Below, piece after piece: positions 16,494-26,134 of a stretch of DNA of 64,000 nucleotides. The stretch comes from Clostridia bacterium (GTDB lineage Bacteria; Bacillota; Clostridia; TANB77; CAG-508). The notes below the pieces were generated by a model. The model had not been told where the DNA came from and made no database searches. It saw only the letters and a list, made by a program, of their open reading frames with translations. The DNA lies in assembly GCA_017517685.1 (NCBI GenBank), contig JAFWYK010000003.1, forward strand, positions 4,860 to 68,859, written 5' to 3'. Positions within the stretch are counted from its first letter, which is position 1; the number at the start of each line of letters is the position of its first letter. Position numbers and translations under genes: made by a program.

Positions 16494-19292
16494 ATGGGAG
16501 AAAGAAGAAGATTAAATATAGCGGATGTTATAGCATCACCAGTATTAGTAGGAAAAAATGATAAGTATATGTGGACAGGTGTGGTAAAATCAAGCGATAT
16601 AGATCCATACTTAATTAATGATGATAAAATAAGAGAACGTTTTACAAAACTTGTCAGAGAATATGAAAATGCAATACTAGAATATAGACGTATGGCAAGT
16701 AGTGCAATGGGACCAAAATTAAAAATGAATCCACTATCTATTTTAGACTTAGGAGAACAAGAAGCAAAAATAAAAGAACTAGGTGCTAAAATAAAAGAGT
16801 ATTTAGGTAATCCAGATGCATATGATTTGGATTTTGACTTATTCTTGGTTCAAGTTTGTAGAGACTACGAAGAAATTAAATCTAAAAATCCAGATGAATT
16901 TAAAGCAATGAGAAAAGAAGATAGAAAAACTTTAGAAGAATTATATGATTATATTTCATCTGAACCATCAATTAGAGAAGTATATAATGATGAAGAAAAT
17001 AAATATTATGCATATATGTTTTTAACACGTAAACAAGAAAAGTTATATTCTAAAGATACTCAAGATAGTACTAAAAAATTATTAAAAGTTTTAGAAGCAA
17101 TAGCTGGTAAAAGTGATTTATCTAAAGAAGAAGGTATAGAAATATTAAAAGAGATTGGAGCGCCAATTACACTTATTGACCTTCATGATATATTCCCATG
17201 TGCTAAATATGCTGATGTACAATATGTAACTGTATTTAAAAATTATCTTTTACAAAAAGGGTTTTCTCAAGAAGAAGTACAAAACATGGACCCTGATACA
17301 ATAATGGAAGAAGCAATGAAAACATATAATTCAGATTCAATTGATTTTCATTCAAGTATGATGGCAGATGTAATAGTAAATGGTATTAAGTATATTGATG
17401 TAGAAAAATTAATGTTATTATCAGCAATAAGAACAATAGAAGCATATGACATGATGTTACCAAAAGTAGAAGATCATGAAAAAGCAGCTGAAATAGATCT
17501 AGATGCAATAAGAGAAATGGAAGAACTAGAAAAAGGTGCTGAAGAATTATCAGATAAGTTTATAAGACAAGAAGCATCTATTGACTCTGTATTAGAAAAA
17601 ACAAGAAGATCAGAATTTATAATTAGAAAAATGATTGAATCAGGAGTAATCTCACCAAAAACAAGATTTACATCAAGACTAGAAGATAAAGGTGAAATAT
17701 CACTTAGAGTATTAGAGAAAAAATGTGAGAATTTCTGTGATGGTATATATTTAACAGATATTATAAAATCAAATTTAATTTATAAAGCATTTATTAATCC
17801 AGATGAAATGAGCACATGGTCAGATGAGCTTATGGATAGAATGAGCTTTACTGAAAATGATATTAAAATTTTATCTTTAATTAGCTTTGATAATATGAAA
17901 AGATTCTATGAAACAGGAAGATTAAACTTCGAATCTATTGGAGACTTTTTAGGAACAAGTGGTTCAAGAGAAAAAGCATCTCGCTCAATAATTGAAAGTG
18001 AAGATGAAATGGAAGCAAATAGAAGAGAAGTAATGCTTACAAATGCTGATAATGTATTAATCAATCTTTATAAATCAGGAATAACAAGTACTGAAGATTT
18101 AAGATATTACTTCCAAGGTGCTGCAATAGATGCTAAAGATATTATAAAACTTGAAGAATCACTTGAAGGTGAAGAACTTGCAAAATTTAAAGAAGAAATG
18201 AAAGAACATTTCGACTCAGAGCTTTTACTAGAAAGCTATAAAGAATATGTTGAAAAATATTTAGAATTTAAAGATTTTGAAGAAAAGAATCCAGAAGCAT
18301 TAGAAGAAATAGAAGCAAAAAGAAAAGCATTAAATAAAATGAGACTTGTTAAAGAAGAAACAAGAAGCTTGTATGCAAGATACACTGAAGTTCCAGAAGA
18401 CAAAAAAGAATTTGGAAATGACCTATTAGATATGTATTATGTAGGTATGGGCGTTGAAGATGATAAAATACTTCGTGAAACATTAAAACTACTTTACGAA
18501 GATGGATTAATAGGCCTAGAAAACATTGCATACTTAGAACCAAAATATATAAGACCAATGTTTGATAAATTATCTTTAGATGATGCTATGAAAGTAAAAC
18601 AGTCAATGAGCTTTGAAACATTAACAGAAATGTTTGATGATATATTTATTGATCCAGAGTTTACTGATGAAAGAAGATTTATAGCAGTAATGAACTTCTT
18701 TGGTGACGATACTAAAGAAGATGGTGATGCAAGAGAGTTTTATCTTGGTATGCTAGAAAATGATGCGAAAGAAAAGAAAGCAAGACCATCAGGTAAGAAA
18801 CGTGAAAAAGGTGATAATACATATGCACCAGGTAATAAATATGTATATCCAGATTTTGTTAAATGGAAATTCTATAAAGCAATAGATAAAGATTGTAGAG
18901 TAACAAGATATGCAAACGGATTTGTTGAATTTGCATCAAGTAAACTAGGAGCAAGAATTATAGAAAAATATTATGATGGTGATAAACCAGCATATGGTAC
19001 AGCAACATATATTCTATCTGAACAAGACTATAGAATGAACGAAGGCGACTTAATTACTATCGGACATTCTGGAGATGTAATGGAAAGTTCAGTACTAAGA
19101 GAAATTACACCAAGAAAAGATAGAATAGCTCATAGAACTCAAAGTGAAAATAGAACTTGGATGCATGATATGATAAGACACTTTGGAATCGATTTAGAGA
19201 AAATGCAAGATTCAAGATATAGCCAAGAAGAACTAAAAGAATTAAAATCAGTTCTAGAAAGATATAAAACAGAATACGAACTATTAGCTTAA
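16494..19292 (+). CDS. Large hypothetical protein (932 aa), acidic and helix-rich, with no recognisable catalytic motif
   Basis: Uninterrupted 2.8-kb ORF in backbone composition. No P-loop, TM or signal peptide seen. Confidence 0.55.
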   Translation: MGERRRLNIADVIASPVLVGKNDKYMWTGVVKSSDIDPYLINDDKIRERFTKLVREYENAILEYRRMASSAMGPKLKMNPLSILDLGEQEAKIKELGAKIKEYLGNPDAYDLDFDLFLVQVCRDYEEIKSKNPDEFKAMRKEDRKTLEELYDYISSEPSIREVYNDEENKYYAYMFLTRKQEKLYSKDTQDSTKKLLKVLEAIAGKSDLSKEEGIEILKEIGAPITLIDLHDIFPCAKYADVQYVTVFKNYLLQKGFSQEEVQNMDPDTIMEEAMKTYNSDSIDFHSSMMADVIVNGIKYIDVEKLMLLSAIRTIEAYDMMLPKVEDHEKAAEIDLDAIREMEELEKGAEELSDKFIRQEASIDSVLEKTRRSEFIIRKMIESGVISPKTRFTSRLEDKGEISLRVLEKKCENFCDGIYLTDIIKSNLIYKAFINPDEMSTWSDELMDRMSFTENDIKILSLISFDNMKRFYETGRLNFESIGDFLGTSGSREKASRSIIESEDEMEANRREVMLTNADNVLINLYKSGITSTEDLRYYFQGAAIDAKDIIKLEESLEGEELAKFKEEMKEHFDSELLLESYKEYVEKYLEFKDFEEKNPEALEEIEAKRKALNKMRLVKEETRSLYARYTEVPEDKKEFGNDLLDMYYVGMGVEDDKILRETLKLLYEDGLIGLENIAYLEPKYIRPMFDKLSLDDAMKVKQSMSFETLTEMFDDIFIDPEFTDERRFIAVMNFFGDDTKEDGDAREFYLGMLENDAKEKKARPSGKKREKGDNTYAPGNKYVYPDFVKWKFYKAIDKDCRVTRYANGFVEFASSKLGARIIEKYYDGDKPAYGTATYILSEQDYRMNEGDLITIGHSGDVMESSVLREITPRKDRIAHRTQSENRTWMHDMIRHFGIDLEKMQDSRYSQEELKELKSVLERYKTEYELLA

Positions 19293-19418
19293 AGTTAATT
19301 ATTAACAACAAAGAATAGATTTATTTAAAAAAATATAAAGCAGGCTGCTATAAAAGTGGCTTGCTTATATTTTTTATTAAAAAGATAATAAAATATAAGT
19401 AAATTTTTAATAAAGCTG

Positions 19419-19447
19419 TTGATTTTTATTTTTTCTTATGGTAAACT
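19419..19447 (+). promoter_or_regulatory. SigA-type promoter (extended -10)
   Basis: TTGATT (19419-19424), 17-nt spacer, TGgTAAACT (-10 at 19442-19447), upstream of secG. Confidence 0.5.
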
Positions 19448-19486
19448 AAAGTAGTTAATAGACAGAAGAAAATTGGAGGTTTTACA

Positions 19487-19735
19487 ATGGAAGTATTAAA
19501 ATATATCGTAATGGCAATTTATGCAGTAGTTTGCGTAGCCTTAATAATTTTAGTAACAAAACAAAATAAAGAAGATAGTGGAGCTTCTGGAACTATCGTT
19601 GGTGCCTCTGCTAATAATTTTTATGAAAAAAATAAAGGAAAAACAGCAGAAGGAAAAATGAAAAGAGCAACTATTATATTAATGATCGCTTTTGCAGTAC
19701 TTACAATTGCATTAGGAATTTTATATGTTGTTTAA
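19487..19735 (+). CDS. secG: Preprotein translocase subunit SecG
   Basis: 82 aa with two TM helices flanking a Gly/Ser-rich loop (SGASGTIVGASANNFY); conserved position immediately upstream of rnr. Confidence 0.7.
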   Translation: MEVLKYIVMAIYAVVCVALIILVTKQNKEDSGASGTIVGASANNFYEKNKGKTAEGKMKRATIILMIAFAVLTIALGILYVV

Positions 19736-19754
19736 TAAAAAAGATAGATAGATT

Positions 19755-19783
19755 AAGGGGCAGTATTATACTGCCCTTTTTAA
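19755..19783 (+). terminator. Rho-independent terminator
   Basis: Stem AAGGGGCAGTA / TACTGCCCCTT followed by a T run. Confidence 0.8.
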
Positions 19784-19822
19784 GTGTTTAGATAGAGTTA
19801 AGTTATTTTTGAAAGGATAAAA

Positions 19823-21895
19823 ATGAGTAAAAAGAAAAATCAAAAGATAGAAGGTATCTTTAGAGCAAATGAAAGAGGATATGGATTTGTAGAGGTAGAG
19901 GGAATGGATGAAGATTTATTTGTTCCAGCTGGCTCTACTAATCGTGCGCTAAATGGAGATACAGTACAAGTATGTATTTTTAAGAAAAAAGAAGGAACAA
20001 AAAGAGCTGAAGCTAAAGTTGTTAAAATAGTAAAAAGAGAAAAAGAAACAGTAGTTGGTATTTTCCAAAAATCTAAAAACTTTGGATTTGTTGTTCCAGA
20101 TGATAAAAGATTTGGAACAGATATCTTTATTTCAAAAGCTAAATGTAAAGAAGCAAAAACAAACGATAAAGTAATTGCTAAAATTTTAAGATATCCTGAA
20201 AGAGGAAAAAATGCTGAAGGTGAAATAGTAGAAATCTTAGGAAATATTAATCAAGCAGGAGTTGATCTATTAAGCGTAGCAAGAGAATATAATCTTCCAA
20301 GTGAGTTCCCAATCTATGTTAAAGAAGAGGCAAAAAGGATAAGTCAAACAATTGATGAAAAAGAAATAGCAAAAAGAAGAGACTTAAGAAGCGAGACAAT
20401 CTTTACAATAGATGGAGAAGATGCTAAAGACTTAGATGATGCTATAGTAGTTAAGAAAACAAAAGATGGAAACTATATATTAGATGTTCACATCGCAGAT
20501 GTTAGCTACTACGTAAAAGAAAACTCAGAACTTGATAAAGAAGCTTCTCATCGTGGTACAAGCGTGTATATGTTTGATAGAGTTATACCAATGCTACCAT
20601 TTGAATTATCTAACGGTATCTGCTCACTTAATGCTGGACAAGATAGATTTGCTATGACTTGTTCTATGGAAATAGATCCAAAAGGAAATGTAATTTCTAG
20701 TGATGTATTTAAATCTGTAATTAGAGTAACTCAAAGAATGAGTTATACAAATATAAATAAAATACTAAATAATTTAGATGAAGAGTTATCTGCAAGATAT
20801 GCTCCTTATTTAGAATCATTTAAGTTAATGGAAGAACTAGCGTTAATATTAAAGAAAAGAAGATTAAATCAAGGGTATTTAAATCTAGATATTCCAGAAA
20901 GTATGATTATTTTAGATGAAGAGGGTAAAGTAATTGATGTTAGAAAATATGAAACAACATTTGCAAATGAAATAATTGAACAATTCATGTTAACTGCAAA
21001 TGAATCAATTGCAGAAAAATTCTATTGGCTTGAAGCACCATTTATCTATAGAGTACACGAAGAACCTGATATAGAAAAAATAGAAGAAACAAATAAATTT
21101 TTATTTAATATTGGTGAAAAGATAAAGGCTTCTAAAGATAATATAAAACCTAGAGCATTTTCTGATGTGTTAGAAAAACTAAAAGGTACAGAATATGAAA
21201 AAGTAATCTCAACATTAATATTAAGAACATTAAAGATTGCAAGGTACGAATGTGAGAATAAAGGCCACTTTGGTATAGCAAGTAAATATTATTGTCACTT
21301 TACTTCACCAATTAGAAGATATCCAGATCTATTTATCCATAGAGTAATTTCTGAATACTTAGCAGGTGGCTATAACTTATCCGAAGAAAGAACTAATATA
21401 TTATTTGATAAAGCTAAAAAGTATGCTGAAACTTCTAGTGATGCAGAGAAAAATGCAACTAAAGCAGAAAGAGATGCAGAAGATATTAAAAAAGCAGAAT
21501 TTATGGAAGATAAAATTGGAAATGAATACATGGGTATCGTATCTTCTATTACAAACTTCGGTATGTTTGTTGAGTTAGAATCTACAGTAGAAGGATTAAT
21601 TAGATTCGAAAACATGGGATCAAATGAATACTTTGTATATGATGAAAATAGAAAAACATTAGTTGGTGAAAGAACTGGTAGAATCTTTAAGATTGGTGAT
21701 CAAGTTAAAATAAGAGTAATTGAAGCTAATAAACAATTAAGAAAAGTTGCTTTTGAACTTGTAGCTGATAAAAACAAAGTAGAACATGACTTCTTCTTTG
21801 TGAATGGTGAAGAAGAACAAAATGAAAAAGAACAAGAAAATAAAGATGTTCAAAATAAAACAAATGAACCATCAATAGAAGAAAAATATTTTTAA
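19823..21895 (+). CDS. rnr: Ribonuclease R
   Basis: N-terminal OB/CSD region, RNB catalytic motif FTIDGEDAKDLDDAI, C-terminal S1 domain (GIVSSITNFGMFVEL) and a basic/acidic tail. Confidence 0.9.
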   Translation: MSKKKNQKIEGIFRANERGYGFVEVEGMDEDLFVPAGSTNRALNGDTVQVCIFKKKEGTKRAEAKVVKIVKREKETVVGIFQKSKNFGFVVPDDKRFGTDIFISKAKCKEAKTNDKVIAKILRYPERGKNAEGEIVEILGNINQAGVDLLSVAREYNLPSEFPIYVKEEAKRISQTIDEKEIAKRRDLRSETIFTIDGEDAKDLDDAIVVKKTKDGNYILDVHIADVSYYVKENSELDKEASHRGTSVYMFDRVIPMLPFELSNGICSLNAGQDRFAMTCSMEIDPKGNVISSDVFKSVIRVTQRMSYTNINKILNNLDEELSARYAPYLESFKLMEELALILKKRRLNQGYLNLDIPESMIILDEEGKVIDVRKYETTFANEIIEQFMLTANESIAEKFYWLEAPFIYRVHEEPDIEKIEETNKFLFNIGEKIKASKDNIKPRAFSDVLEKLKGTEYEKVISTLILRTLKIARYECENKGHFGIASKYYCHFTSPIRRYPDLFIHRVISEYLAGGYNLSEERTNILFDKAKKYAETSSDAEKNATKAERDAEDIKKAEFMEDKIGNEYMGIVSSITNFGMFVELESTVEGLIRFENMGSNEYFVYDENRKTLVGERTGRIFKIGDQVKIRVIEANKQLRKVAFELVADKNKVEHDFFFVNGEEEQNEKEQENKDVQNKTNEPSIEEKYF

Positions 21896-21902
21896 AAATT
21901 AA

Positions 21903-21947
21903 TCTAGAGAAGAAATACAGTTTTTATGTATCTTCTCTAGATTTTTT
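21903..21947 (+). terminator. Rho-independent terminator
   Basis: Stem TCTAGAGAAGA (21903-21913) / TCTTCTCTAGA (21931-21941) followed by T6. Confidence 0.8.
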
Positions 21948-22002
21948 AAAGGTTATATATTAAAATGATATTGTAATATATAAATCAAAAGAAGGTTTTG
22001 TT

Positions 22003-22476
22003 ATGGAAAATAAAGATAAGAAAAAACGTGATACTTTTATTCAAAAATTATTAGACAGAATGAAGAAAAAAGAAGACTCTGAAGAAATTAAAGAACTAAA
22101 AAAGATAAAAAAGATGGTTAAAGATATTAAAACAGTTGAAGAACTAGAAGCATTAGAAGAAAAACTGTCTGAGATTGGTATAGAGATTAATAAAGAATAT
22201 CTTGAAAAATTAAAGAAGAAAAAGAGAAAGAAAAAATCAAAACAAGGGAACACTTCTTTTGAAGAACGTGTTAGAGTTGATCTAGAAACAGTAAATAAAA
22301 TTATTGCTATCGGTAAAGCGTATAAAGAAAAAGAAAGGGTTCGCACCGAAAAAGAACTCCTTCAAGCAAGAGAAGAAAGAGAAAAATCAGGCGGCGTGAA
22401 AGATAAAGAACGTGAAAAAGGTAAAGGCGAAAGATTAAAATCTAGTGGCGGAAGAAGTAGAGATTCAAGACATTAA
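22003..22476 (+). CDS. Hypothetical Lys/Glu-rich protein
   Basis: 157-aa ORF with a highly charged, low-complexity sequence; coding status uncertain. Confidence 0.4.
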   Translation: MENKDKKKRDTFIQKLLDRMKKKEDSEEIKELKKIKKMVKDIKTVEELEALEEKLSEIGIEINKEYLEKLKKKKRKKKSKQGNTSFEERVRVDLETVNKIIAIGKAYKEKERVRTEKELLQAREEREKSGGVKDKEREKGKGERLKSSGGRSRDSRH

Positions 22477-22527
22477 ATTCTAATTTTTTTAAAAAAGCTA
22501 AACTAAAAAATTAATGAGGGAAAAGAT

Positions 22528-23880
22528 TTGAAAAAGAACGAAGAATATTTAGTAGAAATAATAGATAATGGATTTCAAGGAGAAGGTATTGCTAAAATTG
22601 ATGGTATGGCAGTATTTATTCCAGGTACTATTAAAGGTGAGAAAGTTAAGATTAAAATATTAAAAGTTACATCATCACACGCATTTGGAAAAATATTAGA
22701 GATAGTAGAAAAAGCAAGCTGTAGAATTGAATCAGATTGCGATACATATTCAAGATGTGGTGGCTGCGTAATGAGACACATTAATTATGATGACACAATT
22801 GCTATGAAGAAAAATGCAGTTGAGTCTACTTTAAAGAAAGCTCTTGGTAGAGACGTTACTATAGATGATGTTTTAAAGATGGATGAGCCTTATTACTATA
22901 GAAACAAGCTTCAATATCCAATTGGAATGGGTGAAGATGGAAGTCCAGTTATGGGAGTATTTGCTGAAAGAACTCATAGAATTATTCCTACTTTTGAGTG
23001 TAAGATTCAAGATAAGAAAAGCCAAGAAATAGCAAACGATATTTTTGAATTTATAAAAGAAAATAAAGTATCTGTATATAACGAAAAAACACTTAAAGGT
23101 GCTCTTCGTCATTTGGTGATAAGAAGAGGTAAAAAGACAGATGAAGTAATGGTTACTTTAGTTACAAATCAAAAAAATATTGAGAATGAAAAAGAGTTAG
23201 TAGCTTTTATTACTAAAAAACACCCTGAAATAAAAACTGTAGTGAAAAATATTAATGATAAAAATACTAACGTAATACTAGGAAAAGAAAATATTGTTTT
23301 ATATGGTGATGGATATATTACTGACTACCTTGGAGAATATAAATTTAAAATATCACCAATGTCTTTTTATCAAGTAAATCCAGTGCAAACTGAAAAACTT
23401 TATTCAAAAGCAGTAGAGTATGCAGAGTTAACAGGAAACGAGACTGTATTTGACTTATATTGTGGCATTGGAACTATTGGTATATTTGCATCTAAAAATG
23501 TTAAAAACCTTTATGGTATTGAAACAGTTCCTGAGGCAATTAAAGATGCTAAAGAAAATGCAAAAGAAAATAACTTGGATAATGCAGAGTTCTTTGTTGG
23601 TGATGTAGAAAAAGCGTTACCTGAATTTATTAAAGAAAGAGCTGTTACTCCTGATGTAGTATTTGTTGATCCACCAAGAAAAGGTTGTGATAAAACTGCT
23701 ATAGAAACACTACTAAGTTTAGAACCTAAGAAAATAGTATATGTAAGTTGTAATCCTGCGACACTTGGAAGAGACTTAAAACTATTTGAAGAAAAATATG
23801 ATATAAACCGCTTAGCAATCTGCGACATGTTCCCATATACACACCATATAGAAAGTATTGCGATGCTAAATTTAAGATAG
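22528..23880 (+). CDS. rlmD: 23S rRNA (uracil-C5)-methyltransferase, RumA/RlmD family
   Basis: TRAM domain; Fe-S cysteines CRIESDCDTYSRCGGC; FYQVN; SAM motif DLYCGIGTIG; VDPPRKG; TTG start after GAGGGA. Confidence 0.85.
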   Translation: MKKNEEYLVEIIDNGFQGEGIAKIDGMAVFIPGTIKGEKVKIKILKVTSSHAFGKILEIVEKASCRIESDCDTYSRCGGCVMRHINYDDTIAMKKNAVESTLKKALGRDVTIDDVLKMDEPYYYRNKLQYPIGMGEDGSPVMGVFAERTHRIIPTFECKIQDKKSQEIANDIFEFIKENKVSVYNEKTLKGALRHLVIRRGKKTDEVMVTLVTNQKNIENEKELVAFITKKHPEIKTVVKNINDKNTNVILGKENIVLYGDGYITDYLGEYKFKISPMSFYQVNPVQTEKLYSKAVEYAELTGNETVFDLYCGIGTIGIFASKNVKNLYGIETVPEAIKDAKENAKENNLDNAEFFVGDVEKALPEFIKERAVTPDVVFVDPPRKGCDKTAIETLLSLEPKKIVYVSCNPATLGRDLKLFEEKYDINRLAICDMFPYTHHIESIAMLNLR

Positions 23881-23895
23881 TTAAGATAGAGAAAG

Positions 23896-23922
23896 AAGAG
23901 GCTAGATTTATTCTAGCCTCTT
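23896..23922. terminator. Bidirectional hairpin terminator
   Basis: Stem AAGAGGCTAGA / TCTAGCCTCTT between convergent genes, with a T run on the + strand. Confidence 0.75.
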
Positions 23923-23942
23923 AACTTTTTTAAAATTATTAA

Positions 23943-24464
23943 TTATTTTTTGCGTTCTTTTAAAATTTCTTCTAGTCTTTCATCTGATATTTGACCGTTT
24001 ACATATCTTGGGAAAATATCAGTTCCAATATCGTAGTCTTTGTATGAGAATATTATCCAATGAGTTTTTGTAGTTCCATCAACGTAATCTACAGTTGTTG
24101 AAGTTACGCCATATGCTAAACAATTATAATGAGTTGTATTAGAACCACATTGGCATGTTGGAGTTATGTATAAGTAAAACATAGGTGGTTTGCTATTTTT
24201 TACTAAAGAAATATTTATTATTACTGTTGCAATATAGAATAATAGCAGTAAAGATGCTGCTACAATTATAATCATTCTTACTTTAGGTTTTGCTTTTCTT
24301 AAATATAAACCTAAATAGATTACTATTGCTAATAATATAATATTTATTATTGTTGATAGTCTAATTTCTGTATGAATAGCAAGCATTAATCCTAAAAATA
24401 GTAATAAAAAAACAAACATGATAATTAGTATAACTAACAATATTTTTTTAAACAATTTTTTCAT
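23943..24464 (-). CDS. Hypothetical membrane protein
   Basis: Three hydrophobic helices followed by a Cys-containing soluble C-terminal domain. Confidence 0.5.
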   Translation of the reverse strand: MKKLFKKILLVILIIMFVFLLLFLGLMLAIHTEIRLSTIINIILLAIVIYLGLYLRKAKPKVRMIIIVAASLLLLFYIATVIINISLVKNSKPPMFYLYITPTCQCGSNTTHYNCLAYGVTSTTVDYVDGTTKTHWIIFSYKDYDIGTDIFPRYVNGQISDERLEEILKERKK

Positions 24465-24589
24465 ATTTTATCTCCTTGATAAAATCATATAGATAATAGG
24501 AAAAATTGTCAATAAAATAGGAAAAAGTTTGACAATGGCTGAATAGAGAATATAAAATAAAAATGGATTATAATAAAAAGGAGAATAAG

Positions 24590-25870
24590 ATGAAGATTGG
24601 GTTTGCTACTGATACAAATATGATAAAATTAAATGATAAAGATTTAAATAGTGATGTAGATTTTTTGAAAAATACAAGATTTTATATAGATTATATAGAG
24701 TCTTTGGAAAGATTGGATATAAAGACACAATTGGTTTATATAATGCCATCAATTATCGTTGAAGAATTATATAATCAAAAGCTTAGTGTGTTTAATAAAA
24801 GGTATGAGAGTTTTCAAAATAATTATAATGAGATTTGTTTTGGATTGTCTGGAATATTGCCTAAAAATATTTATAAAAAAGAATTAAATATACAAAAAGC
24901 TAAAAAAAGAAATTTTTTAGTTGTAAAACCTTTAATAACTGCTGATGAATTTGAAAAAGTTATGAATGATGCTTTAAATAAAGTTCCACCATTCAATAAG
25001 GAATTTTATGGGAAAAAAAGTGATGCAGGCTTTAAAGATTATATGATCTGGAGAACATTAGTCAATAATAAATTTGAAGATTTTGATAAAATATATTTTT
25101 TTACGGGAGATAAAGTTTTTTATGAAAATAAAGAAATGCTAGAAAAACAATTTAATAAAAAACATAAAAAAGTAAAAGTTTCAATAGTTTATATTAATCC
25201 AGAAAGTTCAGATAAAATTAAAGAAAGTCTAGAAATGATTATTGATGATTATAATTTACCTGAAACGGATGTTGTAAAACTATATGATTATGAAATGAAT
25301 TTAAATAATATTAAGACGATAGATATAAAATTGAAAAAAGATATGAGGTTTTTGACAGTTACTAATCGAATGGTCAAGATTGAAGAGATAGAATTTTCTA
25401 AGTTTGAAATGAATGATATTGTAATAAATGAAGTGTATAAGCAAAGTAATGATTATTGTGTAAAAATAGGGTTTGATACTTTGAAATATATTACAGATAA
25501 AAGTGTTGAAGAAAAAGAGAAAGTAGATTTAATCGGAACAATCATACTAACATATAAGAAAAATGGTATGAATTATGAAATTAAACAATGTGATATGGAA
25601 AATATTACATTTGAATTTTCAAAGGATAACTTGGAGAATCTTGTTAATTATTTTGAATTTTCAAGTGAGTTGAAAGAAAGTTTGACGGATTTAAAGAAAT
25701 TCATAATTATAAATGATATTGAAATATATAAAAAGAATTTAGAAAATACATTAAAATATTTTAATTATTATATAGATAAGAGTGATATAAAAAAAAGTTG
25801 GCTTAAAAAATATAAAGATAAAAAAAATGAAAACGAGAACAATGATGAAAGTGAGAGTAAAAAAGTTTGA
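24590..25870 (+). CDS. PIN-like (DUF4935-type) domain protein with a long uncharacterised C-terminal region
   Basis: Starts MKIGFATDTNMI (first acidic PIN residue), then IMPSIIVEEL and SDAGFKDYMIWRTL. The family assignment is recollection. AGGAGA RBS precedes ATG 24590. Confidence 0.4.
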   Translation: MKIGFATDTNMIKLNDKDLNSDVDFLKNTRFYIDYIESLERLDIKTQLVYIMPSIIVEELYNQKLSVFNKRYESFQNNYNEICFGLSGILPKNIYKKELNIQKAKKRNFLVVKPLITADEFEKVMNDALNKVPPFNKEFYGKKSDAGFKDYMIWRTLVNNKFEDFDKIYFFTGDKVFYENKEMLEKQFNKKHKKVKVSIVYINPESSDKIKESLEMIIDDYNLPETDVVKLYDYEMNLNNIKTIDIKLKKDMRFLTVTNRMVKIEEIEFSKFEMNDIVINEVYKQSNDYCVKIGFDTLKYITDKSVEEKEKVDLIGTIILTYKKNGMNYEIKQCDMENITFEFSKDNLENLVNYFEFSSELKESLTDLKKFIIINDIEIYKKNLENTLKYFNYYIDKSDIKKSWLKKYKDKKNENENNDESESKKV

Positions 25871-26134
25871 TAAACTATTAAATAATATAAAATATATGTA
25901 ATTTTGTTGTATGGTTTTGTTTTTTAATATAAGAAGAAAAATATGGAAAAATACTATTAAAATGACTTGTAATATGCTTAAAATAAAGCAAAACTTAGAA
26001 TGTGAAAAAAAGATGAAAAAAGTCGATTTTTCCTTGAAATATAATAGGTGCTATGTTATAATTAAAATGTTAAAATAATATGGATTTTAACGTTTAAGAA
26101 AATGTAAAGTATAAATTTTTATGGGGGATGTAGA

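Noticed and set aside
21896-22527. Expected smpB/ssrA (tmRNA) downstream of rnr.
   Set aside because: The interval holds only a terminator and a Lys/Glu-rich ORF. There is no SmpB-like sequence and no tRNA-like acceptor/T-arm sequence.
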